This document shows, one piece after another, positions 37,990 to 49,000 of a stretch of DNA of 64,000 nucleotides. The position numbers were made by a program, and so were the translations under genes. Source of the stretch: Eledone cirrhosa (lineage: Eukaryota). The notes below the pieces were generated by a model. The model was not told where the DNA came from, did not search any database, and worked only from the letters and a program-made list of their open reading frames with translations. Where the stretch lies: assembly GCA_964016885.1 (NCBI GenBank), contig OZ024744.1:91698001-91762000 (forward strand), written 5' to 3'. The stretch's first letter is position 1; every line of letters begins with the position of its first letter.

Positions 37990-38965
37990 TATAATGAAAT
38001 TATTGTGTACAGTGTTCAGGTGCACTACAACTCATCAAAGGTGCATGTATAGTACATAGAATAATGTATAAAATGTCAGGAAAGTGAACAGTGAATGAGT
38101 CATGATGTACACACAGACACACACACACACACATGTGTGCGTGCGTATGGAGGGGGGTGTAGTGTTAACGAATTTCAGGAAGCATGGAAGTTTTAAAGGA
38201 TGCAGTGTCTCGACAGCTAACAACTGATGCAGGTAGTTTGTTCTATGGAGGTTTTAAAGGATGCAGTGTCTCGACAGCTAACAACTGATGCAGGTAGTTT
38301 ATTCCATGGAGGTTTTAAAGGATGCAGTGTCTCGACAGCTAACAACTGATGCAGGTAGTTTGTTCTATGGAGGTTTTAAAGGATGCAGTGTCTCGACAGC
38401 TAACAACTGATGCAGGTAGTTTATTCCATGGAGGTTTTAAAGGATGCAGTGTCTCGACAGCTAACAACTGATGCAGGTAGTTTATTCCATGGAGGTTTTA
38501 AAGGATGCAGTGTCTCGACAGCTAACAACTGATGCAGGTAGTTTGTTCCATGGAAGTTTTAAAGGATGCAGTGTCTCGACAGCTAACAACTGATGCAGGT
38601 AGTTTATTCCATGGAGGTTTTAAAGGATGCAGTGTCTCGACAGCTAACAACTGATGCAGGTAGTTTATTCCATGGAGGTTTTAAAGGATGCAGTGTCTCG
38701 ACAGCTAACAACTGATGCAGGTAGTTTGTTCTATGGAGGTTTTAAGGGATGCAGTGTCTCGAAAGCTAACAACTGATGCAGGTAGTTTGTTCCATGGAGG
38801 TTTTAAAGGATGCAGTGTCTTGACAACTAACAACTGATGCAGGTAGTTTGTTCCATGCAACTCTGAGCGTGAAAAAATATTTCTAAAAGTCATGGGAGCT
38901 GTGCTGTTTTCTGACTTTGTTGGCATGCCCACGTGTGTTAGACACATGTTCTGCTTTTTCAAATT
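37990..38965 (-). mobile_element. CR1-like LINE 3' end containing a 61-bp x 11 tandem expansion (38186-38856)
   Basis: Homologous to 55545-55853; the repeat unit encodes WNKLPASVVSCRDTASFKTS. Confidence 0.85.
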
Positions 38966-39115
38966 ACTCATGGTGGAGACCCTGATAAAGAGGAAAATAT
39001 TCCAGGGGTGTGTGTGTGTGTGTATATAGTAGGGGAAGAGTTCTGCTTAGTTAATTTAAATATGGCGGGGTCTCACATATGTATTACTTAATTTAAATAT
39101 GGTCTCACATAAATA

Positions 39116-39630
39116 TCATCATCATCATCGTTTAATGTTCATTTTTATATATTAGCATGGGTTAGACAAGTTGTCCTGTTGTAAACAATGACAGGTCAGG
39201 TGACCGTGTATTGCTCACACAGAACTTATTTTGGCTTTGTTTCTACAGATGGATGTCCTTCCTAACCCCAACCACATTTACAGTGAGTAGTGGATGCTTT
39301 TTATCATGACACCTACATGACCACTTTACAGTGTGGACTGGGTACTTTTTGTCATGACACCTACATGACAACTTTACAGTGTGGGCTGGGTGCTTTTTGT
39401 TGTGACACCTACACGACCACTTTAGAGTGTGGGCTGGGTGCTTTATGTCATGACACCTACATGACCACTTACAGTGTGGGCTGGGTGCTTTATGTCGTGA
39501 CACCTACATGACCACTTTACAGTGTGGACTGGGTACTTTTGTTGTGACACCTACATAACCACTTTACAGTGTGGGCTGGGTGTTTTTTGTCATGATACCT
39601 ACATGACCACTTTACAGTGTGGACTGGGTA
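39116..39630 (-). mobile_element. Diverged RTE 3'UTR with about 7 copies of the 47-49-bp module
   Basis: ACCACTTTACAGTGTGGRCTGGGTRCTTT...GACACCTAC repeats adjoining the RTE tail. Confidence 0.8.
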
Positions 39631-40045
39631 AATATGGTCTCATATGGTCTCACATTGATTAAAGGATTAAATAGAATTATCCATGTAATTAGTAGAGCAA
39701 GTGGTGTTGTTATTGTTGTTATTGGTAGTAATGGTGATGACGATGGGTGATGATGATGATGATGATGATGATGATGGTGTTCGAGAAGATGGTGGTGGAG
39801 ATGGTGGTGGTGGTGGCATTGATGGTGGTGGAGATGATGATGGCGGTGGTGGCAATATTGGTGATGAGAATGATGGTGGTGGTGAAGAAGATGATGGTAA
39901 TGATGATGGTAATGATGATGATGATATTGACTCTATAACTTAAAAATATTCAACAATTTTCAAGTTACTGCTGGCATGCTCCTTCAGTTAATGTTTGAAT
40001 GTTTTAAGTACTACAATATTTTAAGCACATATTCTAATATATATA

Positions 40046-40134
<89 letters not shown>

Positions 40135-40211
40135 ATATATGAATATTGGTTTTATATATATATATATATATATATGTAATATATATATACACATACATAT
40201 ATATATTTATG

Positions 40212-40248
<37 letters not shown>

Positions 40249-40286
40249 TATATATATATATATTTATGTATGTGTATCTATCTATC

Positions 40287-41640
40287 TAGGGCGGGTAAAA
40301 TTCCCGAGATCCATGGACGAGTTCTCTCCAGCGGTCTCTGTCCTCATTATCGCTGCCATATCCTGCATCTCCAACAGAATAGTGTCTGTCTTTAGGGCAT
40401 CAACATACGTTAACCTTGGTCTTCCTCTTCCAGTGCGTCCATGTAGGGGCTCCCACAGGAGCACTGAGTTCAATGTTAACTCTGGATGTCTGTGAGCATG
40501 TCCAGCTAACGTCAGTCTCCTCTGTGTCACTTTTGAGCTGACTTTTGGGAGGCTCCCATACAGCTCTGAGTTTTTCATCCTCAGTGTATACTGATTAATG
40601 TTCAGAGACATCCTCAGCATTCTCGTGTAGCACCCATCCACCATCTGAATGAATTTCTTGGTCAGTGTCCAAGTCTCAGACCCGTACAGCAGCACAGACT
40701 CCACTATAGCAATGAAGAGGCGGATTTTCAGGTCTTTCTGAAGGTCCGACTTCCACACCGATCTCAAGCTGTGGCACGCTGCCCAGGCTTTGCTCTTCCT
40801 CTCAACCACATCATCTTCTGCATTCCCAATCTTTGCTCTCAAATACAGGAAGTCCTCAACCAATTCTAGCGGCTTCCCGCCTACATTAGTGATCCCCTCT
40901 GGCTTCTCAACATTCTCTACCAGATATTTTGTTTTAGTCTCATTCATTCTCAACCCCACACTCATCGACACAGTCTCAACCTCCTACATCAAATCCTCTG
41001 CCTCCTTCACTGTATTTGTCACCAAAACTATGTCGTCGGCAAATTCAGCATCCGATATCTTTTTCGCCTTAACTCTCCTGCTCTGAGCCAGTGCTACAGT
41101 AAAGCCAGAGTCCTGGTGTTTCTCCAGTGCAAGGCGCATACAATAGTCCACTACGTTGATAAAAAGGTAGGGAGCCAATATATGTCCCTGGAGCACTCCA
41201 GCCAGTATCTCAAAGAACTCTGTCATCCCATCAGGTGTAATGACTTGGGCTTTGGTGTTGGTGTAGAGCAGTGATATCAGGTCCACTATCTTCTTGGGGA
41301 TTCCATAAGCCTGTAAGATCTTCATCAGGCAGTAACGGTCCACAGAATCAAACGCCTTCCTAAAGTCAATGAAAACCATGACCGCAGGAAGGCACTTTGC
41401 TCTAGCTCCCTTTAATATCCTCCTCAGCATCAGGATGTGACCAGTGGTTGATCTTCCCTCTCTGAAGCCGTTCTGGTTGTCCCTGAGCTTCTTCTCCATC
41501 TCAGGCTGGATCCTGTTAAGAATCATCCTGTTGAGGGTCTTTGCCACAAGTGACGTCAGTGGGATCCCCCTGTAGTTGTTGGTGTTAGAGAGATCTCCCT
41601 TCTTTGGCACTGGGACGATGTTACTGATCCTCCACTGATT
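40287..41640 (-). pseudogene. 5'-truncated RTE-clade LINE (third family), RT with premature stop
   Basis: NYRGI, QNGFR, DFRKAFDSV, GVLQGHILAPYLF, EFADD, LLYGSETW, GRPR; stop codon at ~40984. Confidence 0.9.
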
Positions 41641-41670
41641 CATATATGCATATATGTATATATATATATA

Positions 41671-42022
41671 TCATCATTTCATCATCATCATCATTTCATT
41701 TTACGTCCGCTTTTTCCCTGCTTGCAAGGATGGGATGGGAACTGATTCTGGCTTTATTTCTACAGCTGGATGCCCTTCCTAACACCAACCTCATTTACAG
41801 TGTGGGCTGGGTGCTTTTTAGCCGTGGCACCTCCACGACCACTTTGCAGTGGAATGATAGGGACCCCAGTCCTATCATCTCATTTCTACAGCTGAGTAAA
41901 CTGGAGTAATGGGAAATAAAGTGTCTTGCTCAAGGAAACAACACATCACCCGGTCTGAGAATTGAACTCACAACCTTTCGATTGCAAGGCCAATGCTCTA
42001 ACCACTAATCCATGTGCCTCCA
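41671..42022 (-). mobile_element. SINE family A
   Basis: Full-length copy. Confidence 0.9.
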
Positions 42023-42277
42023 TATCTGTATATATATCAAAGGCATGTATTGAGTTAGAAACTCAAAATAGTCTCTTACAACAAAATTAGCTCTAGGAAA
42101 GAGGTTTTTCCGAACCGTATAATATAACTGAACAAAAAAAGAAAAACGAACACAGACATATACATATATGTGTTCAAATCGTAATGGACCAGATTCGCTA
42201 AGGTGAAAAGAATACTAACTAAAAACAATGGGTTTGCCAGACTCAATTTAAGAATAAATCAAGAAAAATAAATACAA

Positions 42278-42355
42278 ACCCGGACAGTTTTGATAATACT
42301 GTTTCGCAATATTAATTGTGAAGAGGAATACCAAAATTCTAGCTTATCAGCGGGT
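42278..42355 (-). ncRNA. Type I hammerhead motif with core variant CUGAUAA, inside an inverted repeat
   Basis: acccg CTGATAA gc...gc GAAA cagt attatcaaa actg TC cgggt; arms at 42126-42221 and 42398-42493. Confidence 0.65.
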
Positions 42356-42506
42356 GAAGAATTATTAGTATCCTGGTCACTTCTAAGTATATTAAAATAG
42401 TTAGTATTCTTTTAACCTTAGCGAATCTAGTCCCTTACGATTTGAACACATATATGTATATGTCTGTGTTCATTTTTCTTTTTTTGTTCAGTTTTATATG
42501 TATATA

Positions 42507-42559
<53 letters not shown>

Positions 42560-42777
42560 GTGTGTATATAAATAAATGGATATGTATATATATATATAGA
42601 TATATATTCACACACACACACACATATACATATACATGTATATGTATATGTATGTGTGTATATATATATATATTATATATATATATATATGTATATATAT
42701 ACACATGTATGTATATATATGTGTGTGTATATATATATATATGTATATATATACACATGTATGTATATATATATATA

Positions 42778-42821
<44 letters not shown>

Positions 42822-43047
42822 TATGTATACGTACATATATGTATACAGACGTACAGTAGTATGTATATATATATATACATGCACACATATATATATGTAC
42901 GAACATTTATTATAATGCTCAGTGTGTTTGTAAACAAACATCCCTCGATATGCAAATTACTCGATATGCAAATTAGGCTGCTCAGCCGTTAATATGCATA
43001 AGGAAAGTATATACTTTCATACATTCAATCATCTGGCAGGAAGGTAT

Positions 43048-43090
43048 ACGTTGCTGACGATAGCTAATAAGCTTGAAACTAGTACAGCGT
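43048..43090 (+). ncRNA. Minimal hammerhead ribozyme inside an inverted repeat
   Basis: acgttg CTGACGA t AGCT aata AGCT t GAAA ctag TA cagcgt; arms at 42818-42944 and 43152-43301. Confidence 0.75.
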
Positions 43091-43360
43091 TCCTTTGTCA
43101 GTGTTGAACAAATGAGCAACGATGGTTGCTAGACACTGTACGGCTTAGTTCGGGATGTTTGTTTACAAACATACAGAGCATTATAATAAATGTTCGGTGA
43201 ATCCATACATGCAGATATATATGTGTGCATGTATGTATATATATATATATACATACTACTGTACGTCTGTATACATATATGTATGTACGTATACATACTT
43301 ATATTTAAGTAACAGCCGTACTAAGAGTGAGAAATAAAATTTTGTTTCATTTTTTCCGTT

Positions 43361-43421
<61 letters not shown>

Positions 43422-43423
43422 CA

Positions 43424-43578
43424 AATTGGCAGAGTCGTTAAGATATCAGATAGAATGCTTTACAGTATTCGTCCCACCTCATTGCACTCTCGGAGTTCAA
43501 ATCCCACCGTGGTCAACTTTTCCTTTCATCCTTTCGAGGTCGATAAAAAAAAAGTACCAGTCCAGTACTGGGGTCAAT
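43424..43578 (+). mobile_element. Diverged SINE B variant
   Basis: TGGCAGAGTCG...GAGTTCAAATCC...CTTTCATCCTTTCGAGGTCGATAAA; a similar copy lies at 48340-48490. Confidence 0.7.
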
Positions 43579-43694
43579 TCTTCCTACATAAAAAAATCGG
43601 CTGCATTCAGAACTGGAGAGGGTTGGGCTCCACCAGGTTTAAAAGTGCCCTAGACACACTATTTGATGGTGTCCCTATGACTCCACAAGGAGTT

Positions 43695-44990
43695 ATTGGC
43701 CTTGCAATCGAAAGGTTGTGAGTTCAATTCTCAGACCAGGTGATATGTTGTTTCCTTGAGCAAGACACTTTATTTTACATTGCTCCAGTTTACTCAGCTG
43801 TAGAAATGAGATGATAGGGACTGGGGTCCCTATCATTCCACTGCAAAGTGGTCGTGGAGGTGCCACGGAAAAAAAGCACCCAGCTTACACTGTAAAGTGG
43901 TCGTGGAGGTGCCATGGATAAAAAGCACCCAGCACTCACTGTAAAGTGGTCGTGGAGGCGCCACGGAAAAAAAGCACCCAGCTTACACTGTAAAGTGGTC
44001 GTGGAGGTGCCATGGATAAAAAGCACCCAGCTTACACTGTAAAGTGGTCGTGGAGGTGCCACGGAAAAAAAGCACCCAGCTTACACTGTAAAGTGGTCGT
44101 GGAGGTGCCACGGAAAAAAAGCACCCAGCTTACACTGTAAAGTGGTCGTGGAGGTGCCACGGAAAAAAAGCACCCAGCTTACACTGTAAAGTGGTCGTGG
44201 AGGTGCCACAGAAAAAAAGCACCCAGCTTACACTGTAAAGTGGTCGTGGAGGTGCCACAGAAAAAAAGCACCCAGCTTACACTGTAAAGTGGTCGTGGAG
44301 GTGCCACGGAAAAAAAGCACCCAGCTTACACTGTAAAGTGGTCGTGGAGGTGCCACGGAAAAAAAGCACCCAGCTTACACTGTAAAGTGGTCGTGGAGGT
44401 GCCACGGAAAAAAAGCACCCAGCTTACACTGTAAAGTGGTCGTGGAGGTGCCACGGAATAAAAGCACCCAGCTTACACTGTAAAGTGGTCGTGGAGGTGC
44501 CACGGAAAAAAAGCACCCAGCTTACACTGTAAAGTGGTCGTGGAGGTGCCACGGAAAAAAAGCACCCAGCTTACACTGTAAAGTGGTCGTGGAGGTGCCA
44601 CGGAAAAAAAGCACCCAGCTTACACTGTAAAGTGGTCGTGGAGGTGCCACGGAATAAAAGCACCCAGCTTACACTGTAAAGTGGTCGTGGAGGTGCCACG
44701 GAAAAAAAGCACCCAGCTTACACTGTAAAGTGGTCGTGGAGGCGCCACGGAAAAAAAGCACCCAGCTTACACTGTAAAGTGGTCGTGGCGGTGCCATGGA
44801 TAAAAAGCACCCAACACTCTCTGTAAAGTGATCGTGGAGGCGCCACAGCAAAAAAGGACCCAGCACTCACTGTAAATGAGGTTGGTGTTAGGAAGGGCAT
44901 CCAGCTGTAGAAATCAAGCCAGAATCAGTTCCCGTCCCACCCTTGCAAGCAGGGAAAAAGCGGACGTAAAATGATGAGGATGATGATGAT
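43695..44990 (+). mobile_element. SINE A with a 21 x 49-bp internal array (43839-44867)
   Basis: SINE head and tail flank the unit CACTGTAAAGTGGTCGTGGAGGTGCCACGGAAAAAAAGCACCCAGCTTA. Confidence 0.92.
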
Positions 44991-45309
44991 ATATATATAT
45001 ATATGGACGTTAAACGATGATGATGATGATGATGATGATGTTAGTCATTTCAATACATTTGTATATTTATTTATTTTTCTGAACTGATTATCAAATATAT
45101 ATCTTAAGAGTGTTTTTCTCTACTATAGAGGTTGTTTCAATAAGCTAACACATACGCTAACTGAATGGTAGCATTGTGGTATACATACATACATACATAC
45201 ATACATACATACACACACACATATATTTATATATCCATGCATATATATTTATATACACACACACACACACTCACATATATGTAAATTTATCTCTATATAT
45301 ATGTGTGTA

Positions 45310-45359
<50 letters not shown>

Positions 45360-45699
45360 CACTTATATATATGAATATATATATGATACATATACACACA
45401 CACATATATATGAATATATATATATATATATATTTATGATACATACACACACACACATATATGAATATATATATATATATATATATATTTATGATATGTA
45501 TACACCCTTAGGCAATGTAGATATAAGTACTGTCACACTATGTAATGCTTCAGTTTACGAAATATGCATGCCTGAAATAACTGAATCTTGAGTAATATGG
45601 TTAAAAATGTGTTTATTAAAATAAATGACCAAATAGAAGTAATTTCACTGCTGTGACTGTAAAAACAGGTTAATGAGATATGTCAATCTCACTTAACAT

Positions 45700-45702
45700 T
45701 TT

Positions 45703-45774
<72 letters not shown>

Positions 45775-45778
45775 TCCT

Positions 45779-45820
<42 letters not shown>
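45700..45820. repeat. (TTTC)n microsatellite
   Basis: Direct inspection. Confidence 0.97.
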
Positions 45821-45822
<2 letters not shown>

Positions 45823-46020
45823 AATCCAACCTAGAAGAACACCTAGTTCTTTATTTAACCTTTTTGATACATATCTGACCAAAACTGGCTCTGGGTTCTA
45901 TGAAAAATAACTAATCGTTTTTTGTTTTGGTTTCTTTTAAGAAATCTTGTTTGAATTATTGGGTCATTAAGTATAAAATTTGTAGAAATTTGGTTTTTTT
46001 TTCTACAAATTTCATATAAG

Positions 46021-46063
<43 letters not shown>

Positions 46064-46064
<1 letters not shown>

Positions 46065-46225
46065 TGTATTTTCCGGCACCGAAGACGCTTCGACCTCAAG
46101 GACGCACCCTAATTTTGACAACCAGTAATTTGAAAAAAAATAATAAACAACCTTTAGGCTCCAGTGGTAGATTTTTGAGACTTATTTTAGGAAAAAAGGA
46201 CCATCTTTGATGCTGGGAAATATGG
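46064..46225. mobile_element. TA-flanked Tc1/mariner (Tc2/pogo-like) MITE
   Basis: TA-CTGTATTTTCCGGCACCGAAGACG...CATCTTTGATGCTGGGAAATATGG-TA imperfect terminal inverted repeats. Confidence 0.6.
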
Positions 46226-46253
46226 TAAGTTACTATCTTAGTAATGAAATAAT

Positions 46254-46438
46254 TGTTTCTACTTTAGGCACAAGGCCAGCAATTACCCAGTGCATTACTG
46301 GTACTTTATTTTATCGACCCCGTAAGGATGAAAGGCAAAGTCAACCTCGGCGGGATTTGAACTCAGATCGTAAAGGGACGTAACTATGCTGGAAAGCATG
46401 GCGTCCGACCCTCTACCGATACTGCCAATCCACCGCCC
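46254..46438 (-). mobile_element. SINE family B with 19-bp TSD
   Basis: ATCTTAGTAATGAAATAAT is present at 46235-46253 and 46439-46457. Confidence 0.92.
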
Positions 46439-47516
46439 ATCTTAGTAATGAAATAATGATTAATTTTAGTAAACCCCTCAAAATTCTTCTTTAACCCTTT
46501 TGATACCAACCTAACCAAAATCAGCTCTGGTTCTAAAACACAAAACCATCCATTTTAAAGGGTTCCTATTGAAACCAAAATCTTCGAACATAATTTTGTA
46601 TAAGAAACACGTGTTAAGATATTGTCTTAGTAATGTAATAATTAATAATTTTAGTAAATTCCTCAAAATTCTCCAGTTAACCTTTCTGATACCAACCTAC
46701 CAGTTCTGGTTCTATGAAACAAAACCATCCATTTTAAAGAGTTTTTATTTAAATTTAAATCTTCCAACATATATAAAAACTATATGTAACGTTATTGTCT
46801 TTATAATGAAATAATACTTTTAGTAAATCCATTGAAATTCTTCATTACTCCTTTTGATACCAACCTAACCCAAAACAACGTCTGGTTCTATGAAAAAAAA
46901 AAAACCATCCTTTAACAGGGGTTCCTATTTATATTATAATCTTCCTACATAATTTTATATAAGAACCATATAAAATTAAGTTACTATCTTAGTAATGATA
47001 TATCATCATCATCATCATCATCATCATTTTACGTCTGCTTTTCCCTGCTTGCTTTAATAATTTTAGTAAATCTACCAATTCATGGAACAAAACCACCCAT
47101 GATAAAAGGTTCTTATTTAAATTTAGATCTTCTGTATACAGAACATATAATTAAGTTTAGACTAACAAAATTAATATAATAACCCTCAAGGTAAATATTA
47201 GCTCTTTTGATACCAACCTAACCAAAACCACTTCTGGTTCTCTGAAACAAAACCACCCATTTTAAAGAGTTCCTATTGAAATTATTATCTTCCACCATAA
47301 TTTTGTACAAGAACCATATGTTAAGTTACTATCTTAGTAATGAAATAATGATTAATTTTAGTAAACAACTCAAAATTCTTCATTAACCCTTTTGATACCA
47401 ACATAACCAAAAAAAAACTTTTGCTTCTATGAAAAAGAACCGCCATTTTTAAAGAAATCTTCCAACAATTATATATAAAAACCATATGTTAAGTTAGTGA
47501 CTTACTAATTGTATAT

Positions 47517-47950
47517 AAGACCCAAGAAGACCTGGAATGAGGTGATAAAAACTGACCTTGTCCAATTGCACCTCTCAAAGGCGATGACACAGGACCGCGA
47601 CCTCTGGCATTAGCAGGAATACAGAAGACCTGACTTCCCACAGGTACAAGCTGAATCTGAAGCATATAGACAATATGCCCCCATGCCCCTCCCACTGTAA
47701 AGTGTTCGTGTAGGTATCACGACAAAAAGCACTCAGCCCACACTGTAAAGTGGTCGTGTAGGTGTCACAGTAAAAAAAGCACCCAATCAACACTTAAATG
47801 AAGTTGGTGTTAGGAAGGGCATCCCGCTGTCGAAATCAAGCCAAAATCAGTTCTGTATGCGCAAGACATAGTCACCTGACCTAGCATTCCCCCACAACAG
47901 GACAACCTGTCTAAACCATGCTAGCGGTGATGATGATAATGATGATGATG
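47517..47950 (+). mobile_element. RTE 3' fragment (subfamily A)
   Basis: RPKKTWNEVIKTDL coding followed by the 3'UTR. Confidence 0.85.
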
Positions 47951-49000
47951 AATCATATTAATTTACTATTTTAGTAATAAAATAATTAATAATTTTAGTA
48001 AATCCTTCAAAATTCTTCATTAGCTCTTTTGATACTTTTAGTAAATCCATCGAAATTCTTCATTAGCTCTTTTGATACCAACATAGCCAAAAAGCCACTT
48101 TTGCTTCTATGAAAAAGAACCACCATTTTTAAAGGAATCTTCCAACATAATTATATATAAGAACCATATGTTAAGTTAGTGTCTTCGTGATGAAATAATT
48201 AATACTTTTAGTAAAGCTACCAACCACTGTTTCTCTAGAACCAAACCACCCATTCTAAAGGGTTCCTATTTAAATTAATATTTTCCAACATAATTTTATA
48301 TATAAGAACCATATGTTGAGTTAGTCAGCAAATTAACAGCAAAGTTATTAGAATGTCAAATAGAATGCTTCGCTATGTTTAAGTTTAATCTGATTTTCTG
48401 CATTCTCAGTTCAAATCCTGCTGAGGTCAGCTTTTCTTTTGATCTTTTTGAGGTCAATTAATAAAGTACCACTTGAGTATTGGGGTTGATTCTTCCACTT
48501 TCTCTCTTTCCCCACGCTCTCTCTCTCTCTCTCTCTCTGATGATTATAACACTAAATTCATCATCACCATCATCATACATCATCACCATCATCATCATCA
48601 TCATCACAATATTAATAACGATGATCCTTAGAGTGAATTCATCATCATTATCCTCATCATCATCACCATCATCATTGTCATCATCATCATCATCATCATC
48701 ATCAATATTTACTCTATTCACCTCCTCTTCTCCCTCCTCCTCCCACACTGCACATTCCCCCCCTTCTCTTACTCCTCACACTAACTTCTCCCTCTTCCTC
48801 TTCTCCCTACTCCTCTTCACCCTCCCCCTTTTCTCCCTCACACTGCTGTTTCTATTTGTTTTTGATGATTAATTAATTAATCAAATATTATAGATTATGA
48901 TGTATAAAATTTTTTGACAGATCAATTATTTATAAATAATTGACTCGGAAAAAAATATAAATCGAAATATATTATAGATATAAGCAATAATAATAATAAT

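Larger units (their letters stand above)
45821..48320 (+). repeat. Head-to-tail cluster of ~180-bp MITE-family-2-derived units
   Basis: Recurring TTAACCCTTTTGATACCAACC...TGGTTCTATGAAA...CTTCCAACATAATT...TTTTAGTAAATCC. Confidence 0.75.
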
